From Candidatus Eiseniibacteriota bacterium (GTDB taxonomy: Bacteria > Eisenbacteria > RBG-16-71-46), in contig JBGAML010000002.1 in the NCBI GenBank assembly GCA_044223005.1, positions 266,457 to 330,456 on the forward strand: a DNA stretch of 64,000 nt, written 5' to 3'. Numbering within the stretch: the stretch's first letter is position 1; every line of letters begins with the position of its first letter. Below, one piece after another: positions 18,629 to 28,971 of this stretch. The position numbers were made by a program, and so were the translations under genes. Below the pieces are notes generated by a model. That model was not told the DNA's origin. It saw nothing but the letters and a program-made list of their open reading frames with translations, and did no database searches.

Positions 18629-19781
18629 GTGAAACTCGTCACCGTCACGCACGATCCCCAGCGGGGCTGGTCGCAGCCGCTCGATTCGCAGCTCGATTCC
18701 CCGCACACGCTGGTGCTCGTGTTCGGTTCTCCCGACGCCACGCAGGTCGCGGCGCCGCTCGCCGAGCTCGCGCGCGCGCTGCCGCAGGCGCACGTGCTCG
18801 GCTGCTCGACCGCGGGCGAGATCCACGGCGACAAGATCCAGGACGACGGGCTCGTGGCCGCGATCGCGCGCTTCGAGCGCACGGAGCTGGCCGTCGCGCG
18901 CACGCACGTGGCGCAGGCGGCGGATTCGTTCGCGGCCGGTGAACGGCTGGCGCGCGAGCTCGTGCGCGAAGGACTGCGCGGCGTGTTCGTGCTCTCGGAC
19001 GGCCTCAACGTCAACGGCAGCGAGCTCGTGCGCGGGCTCTCGTCGGTGCTGCCGCCCTCGGTCGTGATCTCGGGCGGGCTCGCGGGCGACGGCTCGCGCT
19101 TCGAGCGCACGTGGGTGGTCGAGAACGGAGCGCCCGCGCCCGGTGTCGTGTCGTGCGTCGGCTTCACCGGCGATGCCGTGCACATCGGGCACGGCTCCAA
19201 GGGTGGCTGGGACAAGTTCGGGCCCGAGCGGCGCGTCACGCGCGCAGCTGGCAACGTGCTCTACGAGCTGGACGGCAAGCCCGCGCTCGAGCTCTACAAG
19301 ACCTACCTCGGCGACCGCGCCGCCGGCCTGCCCGCGACCGGGCTGCTGTTCCCGCTCGCGATCCGCGCCGCCGCGGGCGACGAGAAGGTGCTCGTGCGCA
19401 CGATCCTCGCCGTCGACGAAGCCACGCAGTCCATGACCTTCGCGGGCGACGTGCCCGAGGGCTCGCTCGCGCAGTTGATGCGCGCCAACTTCGAACGCCT
19501 GATCGCCGGCGCCGGTTCGGCCGCGCTGGCGACCGGCGCGCTGCAGGCGCCCGGCGCGCGCGAGGCCGACCATCTCGCGATCGCGATCAGCTGCGTGGGC
19601 CGCCGGCTCGTGCTCGGCGAGCGCACCGAAGAAGAGCTCGAAGCGACGCTCGAAGGTCTGCCGCTCACGGCGCATCAGGTGGGCTTCTATTCGTACGGCG
19701 AGATCTCGACCTATGCGTCGGGCATCTGCGACCTGCAGAACCAGACCATGACGCTCACGTCGATCCGCGAGGACCTGCCGC

Positions 19782-19792
<11 letters not shown>
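18629..19792 (+). CDS. FIST-domain sensory protein (FIST_N + FIST_C)
   Basis: The GTG start has a GGGAGGG RBS. LVFGSPDATQ...VLGCSTAGEI is the FIST N motif. Its stop overlaps the start of the next gene by 11 nt. Confidence 0.75.
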
Positions 19793-21598
<1,806 letters not shown>

Positions 21599-21602
<4 letters not shown>

Positions 21603-22297
21603 GCGCCTTCGCTCCGTTCCACGCGTGCGCGCTGCAGGCCGGTGCAGGGCGCGAGCGCGTCGAGCAGCTGCTGGTGCGTGACCGCGCGCGGGACGCGCAC
21701 CTCGAGCGAGGCGACCAGCCGGTCCTCGGCGGCGATGCGCTCGCTCTGCAGCACGTGGCTCTCGGCCGGGATCGCGGCGAGCATCGCGATCACCTGATCG
21801 AGCGAACGCGCGCCGCGCAGGTCGACCTGCACGCGCCGCACCTGGCGCTGGTCGTCCTTGTCCTCGAAGCGGCGCAGCGTGGTGAGCGCGACGAGTCCGA
21901 GCGCGGTGACGAACACGGCGGTCGAGTACATGCCACCGCCCGACGCCATGCCGATCGCGCCCACGAGCCAGAGCCCCGCGGCCGTGGTGAGGCCGAAGAC
22001 GTTGAAGCCGTTGCGCATGATCGCGCCGCCGCCCAGGAAGCCGATGCCCGTCACGATCGAGGCCGCGATACGCGACACGTCCACCTCGACGTGTTCGGCG
22101 GCGGTGTAGCGCTGGTGTTCGATGAACTGCGTCGAGACCACCATGTACGACGCGGCCGCGAGCGCCACGATCATGTGCGTGCGCAGCCCGGCGGGGCGCC
22201 CGCGGCGGTCGCGTTCGAGCCCGATGATACCCCCGAGGACCGCGGCCACGAGGATTCGTACGAAGAGCGAGAGATCCGGGATGCCGATTCCCTGCAC
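21599..22297 (-). CDS. mgtC: MgtC/SapB family membrane protein
   Basis: The GTG start has an AAGGAG RBS 5 nt upstream. VQGIGIPDLSLFVRILVAAVLGGIIGLERDRRGRPAGLRTHMIV is the MgtC signature. The upstream part of the ORF has no RBS. Confidence 0.75.
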
Positions 22298-22564
22298 GAG
22301 GACTCCTTGTCGTCGCGGCCGACCGGTCGGGACCCCGCCCGCCGCGCAACTGCGCACGGCTCGGGGCCAAAGAGCGAGGAGTATCACCGCGAGTTGCCGG
22401 ACCGAAAGCGCAATCCCCGCTCGCTGCCCGGGCGGCTCGCTTACCGCGCAGCGATTCCCGTGTCGCAACTCCCGCGAGCCTTCCACCGCGTGCGACGAGC
22501 CCGCGCGCGCGGCCGCGCCCGTCAGCCGGATCACCCGAGGCGACGGCGAGTTCCTGCGCGGCCG

Positions 22565-23503
22565 TCAGCGGTGACGCACGTAGTCCAGGTCCGTGTCCGC
22601 CACCCAGGTGACGCCGCCATCGGTGGAATGGTCGAAGAGCTGGCGCACGTGGTCCGGCCCGAGGCTGAAGAACGTGAGCCGGTCGGTTCGGCCGGGGGGC
22701 GTTCCCGGCTGCGGCTCGGCGAGGAACTCGAGTCGCTCTCCGATCCGGTGACCGTCATCGTAGTTCGTGACGTGCCCGGAGTCGTCCATCCAGTTCTGCT
22801 GCCAGCATCGCTTCGCCGGATTCCAAGCGTTGAAGCTCTTGCCATTGCCGCCCAGCCGGCCGCTCCAGTTCTCGAAGATCACGCACTGGCCGAGGATCGC
22901 TTCGACGTGGCTCGTGCCGGCGGGCCCGTGGCCGCGCAGGTTGTCGGTCACGTCCCAATCGCCGATCCAGAAGTCGAGCTGCCGCGACTCGGGCTGGTAC
23001 GCGCACGGCTCCTGGTTGCGACGAGCGCGGTCGATCGCGCTCGCGAATCGCGCGTCCCCGCGGATCGCCGTGAAATCGCCGTCGTCGAGCAGCTGCTGCG
23101 GCTGGCGGTAGCCCGCGTTCATCAGCCGATCGAGAACCGCGAGCGCCGAGTCCGCCTGGTTCGCGCGTGCGTGGGCGCATGCCGCGTTGTAGAGCGCGAT
23201 CGCGGCGGGGTAGCCCGTCGCGCTCGCCGTCTTCCAGGCCAGCGCCGAGCGCTCGAAGCGGCCCAGCGAGTAGCACGCCGAGCCGAGCCGGCTCCAGGCA
23301 CGCGCGTTCGCGGGTTCCACGGTGACGATCGTCTCATAGGCCGTCACGGCGCGGGACCAGTCGGCGTGAGCGAAGGCGGTGTCCGCGGCCGCATGGGCCG
23401 CTGCCGGCGTGGGCCGGGGCGCGGCGGTGGCAGTGGCGGTAGCGACGGTGGCAGCGACGAGCGCGATCGCGATGGCGAGGCCCCGAAGCGGGCAGTGGTT
23501 CAC
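22565..23503 (-). CDS. Secreted TPR-like protein of unknown function
   Basis: The GTG start has a GAGGGG RBS. The signal peptide MNHCPLRGLAIAIALVAATVATATATA is followed by TPR-like helices and then an uncharacterised C-terminal domain. Confidence 0.55.
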   Translation of the reverse strand: MNHCPLRGLAIAIALVAATVATATATAAPRPTPAAAHAAADTAFAHADWSRAVTAYETIVTVEPANARAWSRLGSACYSLGRFERSALAWKTASATGYPAAIALYNAACAHARANQADSALAVLDRLMNAGYRQPQQLLDDGDFTAIRGDARFASAIDRARRNQEPCAYQPESRQLDFWIGDWDVTDNLRGHGPAGTSHVEAILGQCVIFENWSGRLGGNGKSFNAWNPAKRCWQQNWMDDSGHVTNYDDGHRIGERLEFLAEPQPGTPPGRTDRLTFFSLGPDHVRQLFDHSTDGGVTWVADTDLDYVRHR

Positions 23504-23685
23504 GGCGGTCCCCTCGATCCCGATCGGGTGGATGGCGCCGCGATCCTACCATCCGGCGAGGGTTGCCGCGTCGGCGAATCGGGGGTGGCGCTGCCCGAAA
23601 CGCAGCTTGCAATTCGCATTGCGGCAGGGGCCGGGCGGTGCGCCTCGCGGCGATTCCACTGTGATTCCGGGAGCATCCTCTCGTT

Positions 23686-23700
23686 ACAATTGTTCGAACA
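23686..23700. promoter_or_regulatory. AT-rich overlapping palindromes (ACAATTGT / TGTTCGAACA) upstream of the paralogue array; candidate operator/promoter
   Basis: This is an unusually AT-rich patch in a 70% GC background, ~95 nt upstream of the first paralogue's ATG. I have no match to a known binding site. Confidence 0.25.
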
Positions 23701-23794
23701 CGCACATCGTCGGCGCCCCCGGGAGACGCCCGGGCCGCCGTGGGTATGGCCGGGAGCCAGCCCACCTCGTGACCCTCGCCACCCTCGAGGCCCC

Positions 23795-24889
23795 ATGTCC
23801 GGTCGCCATCCCTTAGCCCTGCTCCTCGCCATCGTGTTCGCGGCGCCCGCGTTCGCCGCGGACGGCCTGCCCACCACGGTGACCACGGCGCCGCAGGCCG
23901 CACGCGCGGCGACGACCGTCGACGCCTCGCAGGCGTTCACGTACCAAGGCATGCTCAAGAGCGCCGGGGCGCCGCTCAACGGCACGGCCGACCTGACGTT
24001 CACGCTGAGCGATGCCTCCACGGGGGGAAACATCTTCGGGACGCAGTCGCTGACCACGGCCGTTTCGAACGGACTCTTCACCGTGACGCTGAACGACGCC
24101 GGGCAGTTCCTCGCCACCGCGTTCGACGGTCGCGCGCTCTGGCTCGAGATCGCCGTGCGCAGCCCCGCGGGCTCGGGCGGCTACACCACGCTCACGCCGC
24201 GGCAGGCGCTCAGCGCTGCGCCGATCGCCAGCACGCTGGCGCCCATGGCCGTGATCACCGGAAACAACACGAACTCGGGTGCTGCCGCCCTCGAAGTGAA
24301 TGCGGCCGCCGCGACGGCCGGTGCGCCGGTCGCCGCGTTTCGCGCCGCAGCAGGAAACAACCTCGTTCTGCGCACGCTCTTTCAGGTGCCCACGGCGATT
24401 CAGGGCGACAGTTGGGACGGCGTCGGCGTCGCAGGAGTGACGTGGAACGGGACCGCGGTCCTCGGCAACGCGCTTAGCGGCGGGCTCGCGGGCAAGTTCT
24501 ACGGCGACGTCGACGTGACCGGGAAGGTGAAGTCGGATCGCTGGCAGTCGCGCATCGCGATCAACTCACTCGGGCCGCTCCCGATCACCAGTGCGTCGTT
24601 CTCCACGAAGGGCGGCACGCTGATGCTGAACTACTCGGGCTCGGGCTATTCCAACACTCCCGGTCAGATGATCGGCATGACGGTCACCCTCGACGGCGTG
24701 ACGTTCGTCGACAACACGGGCATCTACGCCAACTCGGCCAGCCAGCACCTCGCGTTCGTGCCCAAGACCTGGGTCCTGAGCAACATCGCCGCCGGCTCGC
24801 ACACGATCTCGTTGAGCACCATGAACGCCGCCACGCACACGGATTCCAACGACATCTTCAACGTCACCGTCACGGAGCTGCCGTGGTGA
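23795..24889 (+). CDS. Secreted paralogue P1 of a novel 364-aa family (conserved N and C modules, variable core)
   Basis: The signal peptide is MSGRHPLALLLAIVFAAPAFAADG. The conserved N module is FTYQGMLKSAGAPLNGTADL...NGLFTVTLND...DGRALWLEIAVRSPAGSG.YTTL.PRQAL. The conserved C module is DRWQ..AINS.GPLP.TSASF...GG.LM..YSGSGYS...IGMTV.LDGVTF.DNTGI.AN.ASQHLAFVPKTW...TDSNDIFNVTVTELPW. Confidence 0.7.
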   Translation: MSGRHPLALLLAIVFAAPAFAADGLPTTVTTAPQAARAATTVDASQAFTYQGMLKSAGAPLNGTADLTFTLSDASTGGNIFGTQSLTTAVSNGLFTVTLNDAGQFLATAFDGRALWLEIAVRSPAGSGGYTTLTPRQALSAAPIASTLAPMAVITGNNTNSGAAALEVNAAAATAGAPVAAFRAAAGNNLVLRTLFQVPTAIQGDSWDGVGVAGVTWNGTAVLGNALSGGLAGKFYGDVDVTGKVKSDRWQSRIAINSLGPLPITSASFSTKGGTLMLNYSGSGYSNTPGQMIGMTVTLDGVTFVDNTGIYANSASQHLAFVPKTWVLSNIAAGSHTISLSTMNAATHTDSNDIFNVTVTELPW

Positions 24890-25974
24890 CCGCGGCGCTG
24901 GCAATGGGCCTCGCGTTCCTCGCGACAGCGGGTCCCGTGACGCCCGGGACGACGGCGCCCGTGCCGACCGCCGCGCCGCAGCAGGCGCGCTCGGCCACCG
25001 CCGTCGACGCGGGGCGTGCGTTCACGTATCAGGGCATGCTCAAGAGCGCCGGGGCGCCGCTCAGTGCGACGGCCGACCTGCAGTGCACGCTCTACGACGG
25101 CGCCACTGCGGGCACCAGCTTCGGGACGCAGACCGTGACCACCACCGTCTCGAACGGGCTCTTCACCGTGACGCTGAACGATGCCAGCCAGTTCACCTCC
25201 ACGGCGTTCGACGGCCGCGCACTCTGGCTCGAGATCGCGGTGCGCAGTCCCGCGGGCAGCGGCGCCTACACGACGCTTTCGCCGCGCCAGGCGCTCTCTG
25301 CCGCGCCGATCGCGGCGACGCTCGCGCCCCAAGCCCGCATCCAAGCCACCTACACGGGCAGCTACAACGCGGGGCTCAATCTCGCAGCCCCGGCCAATAC
25401 CTTCAACCCGACTGCGCTGTCCGTCCTCGCGGGCCCGCGGACCTTCACGTGGCTGACGGACGTTCCGGCCGGCGTCCTGTCGGATACCGAATCGGGATAC
25501 GGAGTGGTCGGGACCACCAACACGGGCACCGGGCTATACGGCCGGACGTTGAATGGCAGCGGTACCGGAACCGCCGGACGCTTCGACGGCGACGTGAGCG
25601 TGAACGGCAAGCTGCTGGTGGACCGCTGGCAGTCGACGATGGCGATCAACTCGGTGGGCCCGCTGCCGCTGACCAGCGCTTCGTTCACGACGCACGGTGG
25701 CCACCTGATGATCACGTACTCGGGATCGGGCTACTCCAGTGTCGCCAGCACGCTGATCGGCATGACCGTCAAGCTCGACGGCGTCACGTTCATCGACAAC
25801 ACGGGCATCCTCGCCAACAACGCCAGCCAGCACCTCGCGTTCGTGCCCAAGACGTGGCTGATGAGCGGCGTTGCCCCGGGATCGCACACGATCGGACTGA
25901 CGCCCCTGAACATCTCCACCCAGACCGACAGCGGCGACATCTTCAACGTCACCGTCACGGAGCTCCCATGGTGA
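24883..25974 (+). CDS. Secreted paralogue P2 of the same family
   Basis: The GTG start overlaps the P1 stop by 7 nt (GTGGTGA). The N and C modules have the same architecture as P1, with a divergent central ~85 aa. Confidence 0.7.
   Translation: MVTAALAMGLAFLATAGPVTPGTTAPVPTAAPQQARSATAVDAGRAFTYQGMLKSAGAPLSATADLQCTLYDGATAGTSFGTQTVTTTVSNGLFTVTLNDASQFTSTAFDGRALWLEIAVRSPAGSGAYTTLSPRQALSAAPIAATLAPQARIQATYTGSYNAGLNLAAPANTFNPTALSVLAGPRTFTWLTDVPAGVLSDTESGYGVVGTTNTGTGLYGRTLNGSGTGTAGRFDGDVSVNGKLLVDRWQSTMAINSVGPLPLTSASFTTHGGHLMITYSGSGYSSVASTLIGMTVKLDGVTFIDNTGILANNASQHLAFVPKTWLMSGVAPGSHTIGLTPLNISTQTDSGDIFNVTVTELPW
25699..25857 (+). repeat. Near-identical 159-nt segment shared by paralogues P2 and P3 (second copy at 26787..26945)
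   Basis: A direct read of both stretches shows identity except for 2 nt (cgtcaag vs gatcaag) across GGCCACCTGATGATCACGTACTCGGGATCGGGCTACTCCAGTGTCGCCAGCACGCTGATCGGCATGAC...GTGCCCAAGACGTGG. The surrounding gene bodies are far more divergent. Confidence 0.7.
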
Positions 25975-27062
25975 ACGCAGTACTCGCAATGGGCCTCGCG
26001 TTTCTCGCGACGGCGGGCCCCGTGACGTCGGGGTCGACGACGGCGCCCGGCCCTGCCGCCGCGCCGCAGCAGGCGCGCGCGACGACCGCCGTCGACGCGG
26101 GGCGTGCGTTCACGTACCAGGGCATGCTCAAGAGCGCCGGGGCGCCGCTCAACGGCACGGTGGATCTGCAGTTCACGCTCTACGACGACCCCGCGGCAGG
26201 TTCCAGCTACGGAACGCACTCCCTGACGACGACGGTTTCGAACGGACTCTTCACCGTGACGCTGAACGATCCGCAGTGGTTCTATTGGTGGGCGTTCGAT
26301 GGCCGTGCGCTCTGGCTTTCGGTGGCGGTACGCAGTCCCGCCGGCAGCGGCGTCTACACGACACTTTCGCCGAGGCAGGCGGTGACTCCCGTGCCGATCG
26401 CGCAGACGCTCGTTCCCCTGGCGCACATCGAGACCGCCGATTCGAGCCCTGAAAATGCGGTGATCAACCTCTCGGCCCCGGCGGGCTTTACCAATCCGAC
26501 GGCGCTCGCCGTCACCGCCGGGCCGTCGATGTTCCACCTGGGGTCGACCGGTCCCGTCGGAGTCGAGGCCGACGTCGCGGCGGGAACCAGCATTCTCGGC
26601 ACCACGGACACGGGCGTCGCGATCCACGGGCGGACGCTGCACGGCGCCGGAACGGGACTCGCCGGGCGCTTCCAGGGTGACGTCTGGGTGTCCGGCAAGA
26701 TGCACGTGGACGGCTGGCAGACGCAGGTGGCGATCAACTCGACCGGCCCGCTCCCACTCACCAGCACGCCGTTCCTGACGCAGGGTGGCCACCTGATGAT
26801 CACGTACTCGGGATCGGGCTACTCCAGTGTCGCCAGCACGCTGATCGGCATGACGATCAAGCTCGACGGCGTCACGTTCATCGACAACACGGGCATCCTC
26901 GCCAACAACGCCAGCCAGCACCTCGCGTTCGTGCCCAAGACGTGGGTGATGAGCAACGTCTCCGCCGGCCTGCACACGCTCGAACTGACACGGCTCAACA
27001 CCTCCACCCAGACCGACAGCGGCGACATCTTCAACGTCACCGTCACGGAGCTCCCATGGTGA
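25968..27062 (+). CDS. Secreted paralogue P3 of the same family
   Basis: The ATG overlaps the P2 stop (ATGGTGA). The C-terminal module is ~85-90% identical to P2; the core is divergent. Confidence 0.7.
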   Translation: MVNAVLAMGLAFLATAGPVTSGSTTAPGPAAAPQQARATTAVDAGRAFTYQGMLKSAGAPLNGTVDLQFTLYDDPAAGSSYGTHSLTTTVSNGLFTVTLNDPQWFYWWAFDGRALWLSVAVRSPAGSGVYTTLSPRQAVTPVPIAQTLVPLAHIETADSSPENAVINLSAPAGFTNPTALAVTAGPSMFHLGSTGPVGVEADVAAGTSILGTTDTGVAIHGRTLHGAGTGLAGRFQGDVWVSGKMHVDGWQTQVAINSTGPLPLTSTPFLTQGGHLMITYSGSGYSSVASTLIGMTIKLDGVTFIDNTGILANNASQHLAFVPKTWVMSNVSAGLHTLELTRLNTSTQTDSGDIFNVTVTELPW

Positions 27063-28147
27063 ATGCAGCGCTGGCAGTGGGCCTCGCGTTTCTCGCGACG
27101 GCCGGCCCCGTGGCCTCGGGGCCCGAGGCGGTGACCGTTCGCACCACCACGCCGCAGGCGGCCCGGGCGGTCACGACCGTCGACGCGACGCACGCGTTCA
27201 CGTACCAGGGCATGCTCAAGAGCGCCGGTGCGCCGCTCAACGCGGTCGCCGAGCTGCAGTTCACGCTCTACGACGACGCGACTGCGGGAAACAACTTCGG
27301 GACGCAGACGTTGACGACGAGCGTCTCGAACGGGCTCTTCACCGTGACGTTGAACGATGCGAACCAGTTCGGAGCCCAGACGTTCGACGGCCGGGCGCTC
27401 TGGCTCGAGATCGCGGTGCGCAGTCCCGCCGGGGCCGGCGTGTACACGACGCTCACGCCGCGCCAGGCGCTCACCGCCGCACCGATCGCCGCCTCGCTGG
27501 CGCCCCTGTCGCGGATCCTGACGACCAACACCAACATGTACACGCCCGCGCTGTACGTCCTGTCGACGCCCGCGACGCCGAGTGGCTCGGCCTACGGCAT
27601 TCATGCGGTGGCCGAGGAGGCCGGTTTCTACACGAGCTTCTACGCCTCAACCGCGATCCAGGGCGACAGCTACGAGGGCCATGGTGTCGCGGGTTCCACG
27701 GGGACCGGCGACGCGATCTTCGGCTATGCGCCCTTTGGCGGACTCGCCGGCAACTTCGTCGGAAATGTGAACATCGCCGGCCAGCTGGTCGTGGATCGCT
27801 GGCAGCCTTGGATCGCGATCAACTCCACCGGCCCGCTGCCACTCACGAGCGCCAGCTTCCAGACGCACGGCGGCACCCTGATGCTCAACTACTCCGGCTC
27901 CGGTTACACGAACGTCGGCGGCACCCAGATCGGCATGACGGTGACGCTCGACGGCATCACGTTCGTCGACAACACCGGCATCGTCGCGAACTCCGCCGGC
28001 CAGCACCTGGCGTTCGTGCCCAAGACGTGGGTGCTGAAGAACATCCCCGCCGGCACGCACACGATCGGGCTGACGAAGCTCAACAACAACACCCAGACCG
28101 ACAGCGGCGACATCTTCAACGTCACCATCACGGAGCTGCCCTTCTGA
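27056..28147 (+). CDS. Secreted paralogue P4 of the same family
   Basis: The ATG overlaps the P3 stop through the identical ATGGTGA junction. It ends ...NVTITELPF. Confidence 0.7.
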   Translation: MVNAALAVGLAFLATAGPVASGPEAVTVRTTTPQAARAVTTVDATHAFTYQGMLKSAGAPLNAVAELQFTLYDDATAGNNFGTQTLTTSVSNGLFTVTLNDANQFGAQTFDGRALWLEIAVRSPAGAGVYTTLTPRQALTAAPIAASLAPLSRILTTNTNMYTPALYVLSTPATPSGSAYGIHAVAEEAGFYTSFYASTAIQGDSYEGHGVAGSTGTGDAIFGYAPFGGLAGNFVGNVNIAGQLVVDRWQPWIAINSTGPLPLTSASFQTHGGTLMLNYSGSGYTNVGGTQIGMTVTLDGITFVDNTGIVANSAGQHLAFVPKTWVLKNIPAGTHTIGLTKLNNNTQTDSGDIFNVTITELPF

Positions 28148-28719
28148 TGAAAACGACCCGCACGTCACTCCGCGCCCCGCTCGCCGGGGCCATGATTCTC
28201 GCGGCCGCGCTCCTGCTGGTGTCCACCCACCCGTCGCACGCTTCGAGCGGCCCCGGCTTCGAGCTCTCGTGGACCCGCGTCGCCAACGGCGGCACGACCA
28301 CTGCGAGCGGCGGCGCCTTCACGCTCTCCGGCACGATCGGCCAGCACGAGCCCGGTACGCAGACGGGCGGCGACTACTCGCTGTCGGGCGGCTTCTGGTA
28401 CGGCGGCGCCGCGCAGCAGGGCGTCGACGTGACGCCCACCACGGGCCCGCGCCACACCGAGTTCGCGCTGCACGGCTTCGTCCGCAATCCCGCGCCGATG
28501 GCCGACCTCACCGTGTCGTACGCCATCGCCGACGGCGCGCCCGCGTCGCTCGAACTGCTCGACGTGGCCGGCCGCCGCGTGGCCGAGACGAGCGCGCTGC
28601 ACCCCGGCACCGGCTCGGTGCGGCTCGAGCCCGCGGGTCGCATCTCGCCCGGGCTCTACTGGCTGCGGCTCAAGCAGGCGGGGAAGAGCGCCACCGCAAA
28701 AGCGGTCCTCGTGCAGTAG
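28147..28719 (+). CDS. Small secreted protein (190 aa) with a T9SS-type CTD, fifth and last gene of the array
   Basis: Its ATG overlaps the P4 stop (ATGA). The signal peptide is MKTTRTSLRAPLAGAMILAAALLLVSTHPSHA. A Gly-rich beta segment SGGAFTLSGTIGQHEPGTQTGGDYSLSGGFWYGG follows. The C-terminus LELLDVAGRRVAE...GLYWLRL is the CTD. Confidence 0.65.
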   Translation: MKTTRTSLRAPLAGAMILAAALLLVSTHPSHASSGPGFELSWTRVANGGTTTASGGAFTLSGTIGQHEPGTQTGGDYSLSGGFWYGGAAQQGVDVTPTTGPRHTEFALHGFVRNPAPMADLTVSYAIADGAPASLELLDVAGRRVAETSALHPGTGSVRLEPAGRISPGLYWLRLKQAGKSATAKAVLVQ

Positions 28720-28753
28720 CCGCAAGCGGTCCGTATTCGCGGCATCCGTCACA

Positions 28754-28796
28754 AGCACCCCGCTCCGGTTCGCCGGAGCGGGGTGCTTACTTTTGG
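28754..28796. terminator. Rho-independent terminator of the 5-gene array
   Basis: AGCACCCCGCTCCGG-ttcg-CCGGAGCGGGGTGCT is a perfect 15-bp stem followed by TACTTTTGG. Confidence 0.6.
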
Positions 28797-28971
28797 TGCG
28801 GGCGCGTCGCGCGCTCGCGCCGCCGTCGCGCCGTCATAAACACGTGCCGGGTGCACACGAGTTTTCAGCCGCTTTCCGATTGTCGGGTGCACCCTGCGCT
28901 CCCTAGCGTGCGCCCCCTGGCCACGACGCCAGCGCTGTTCCCGGATCGAGTCCCCCTCACCGGAGGTGCAG

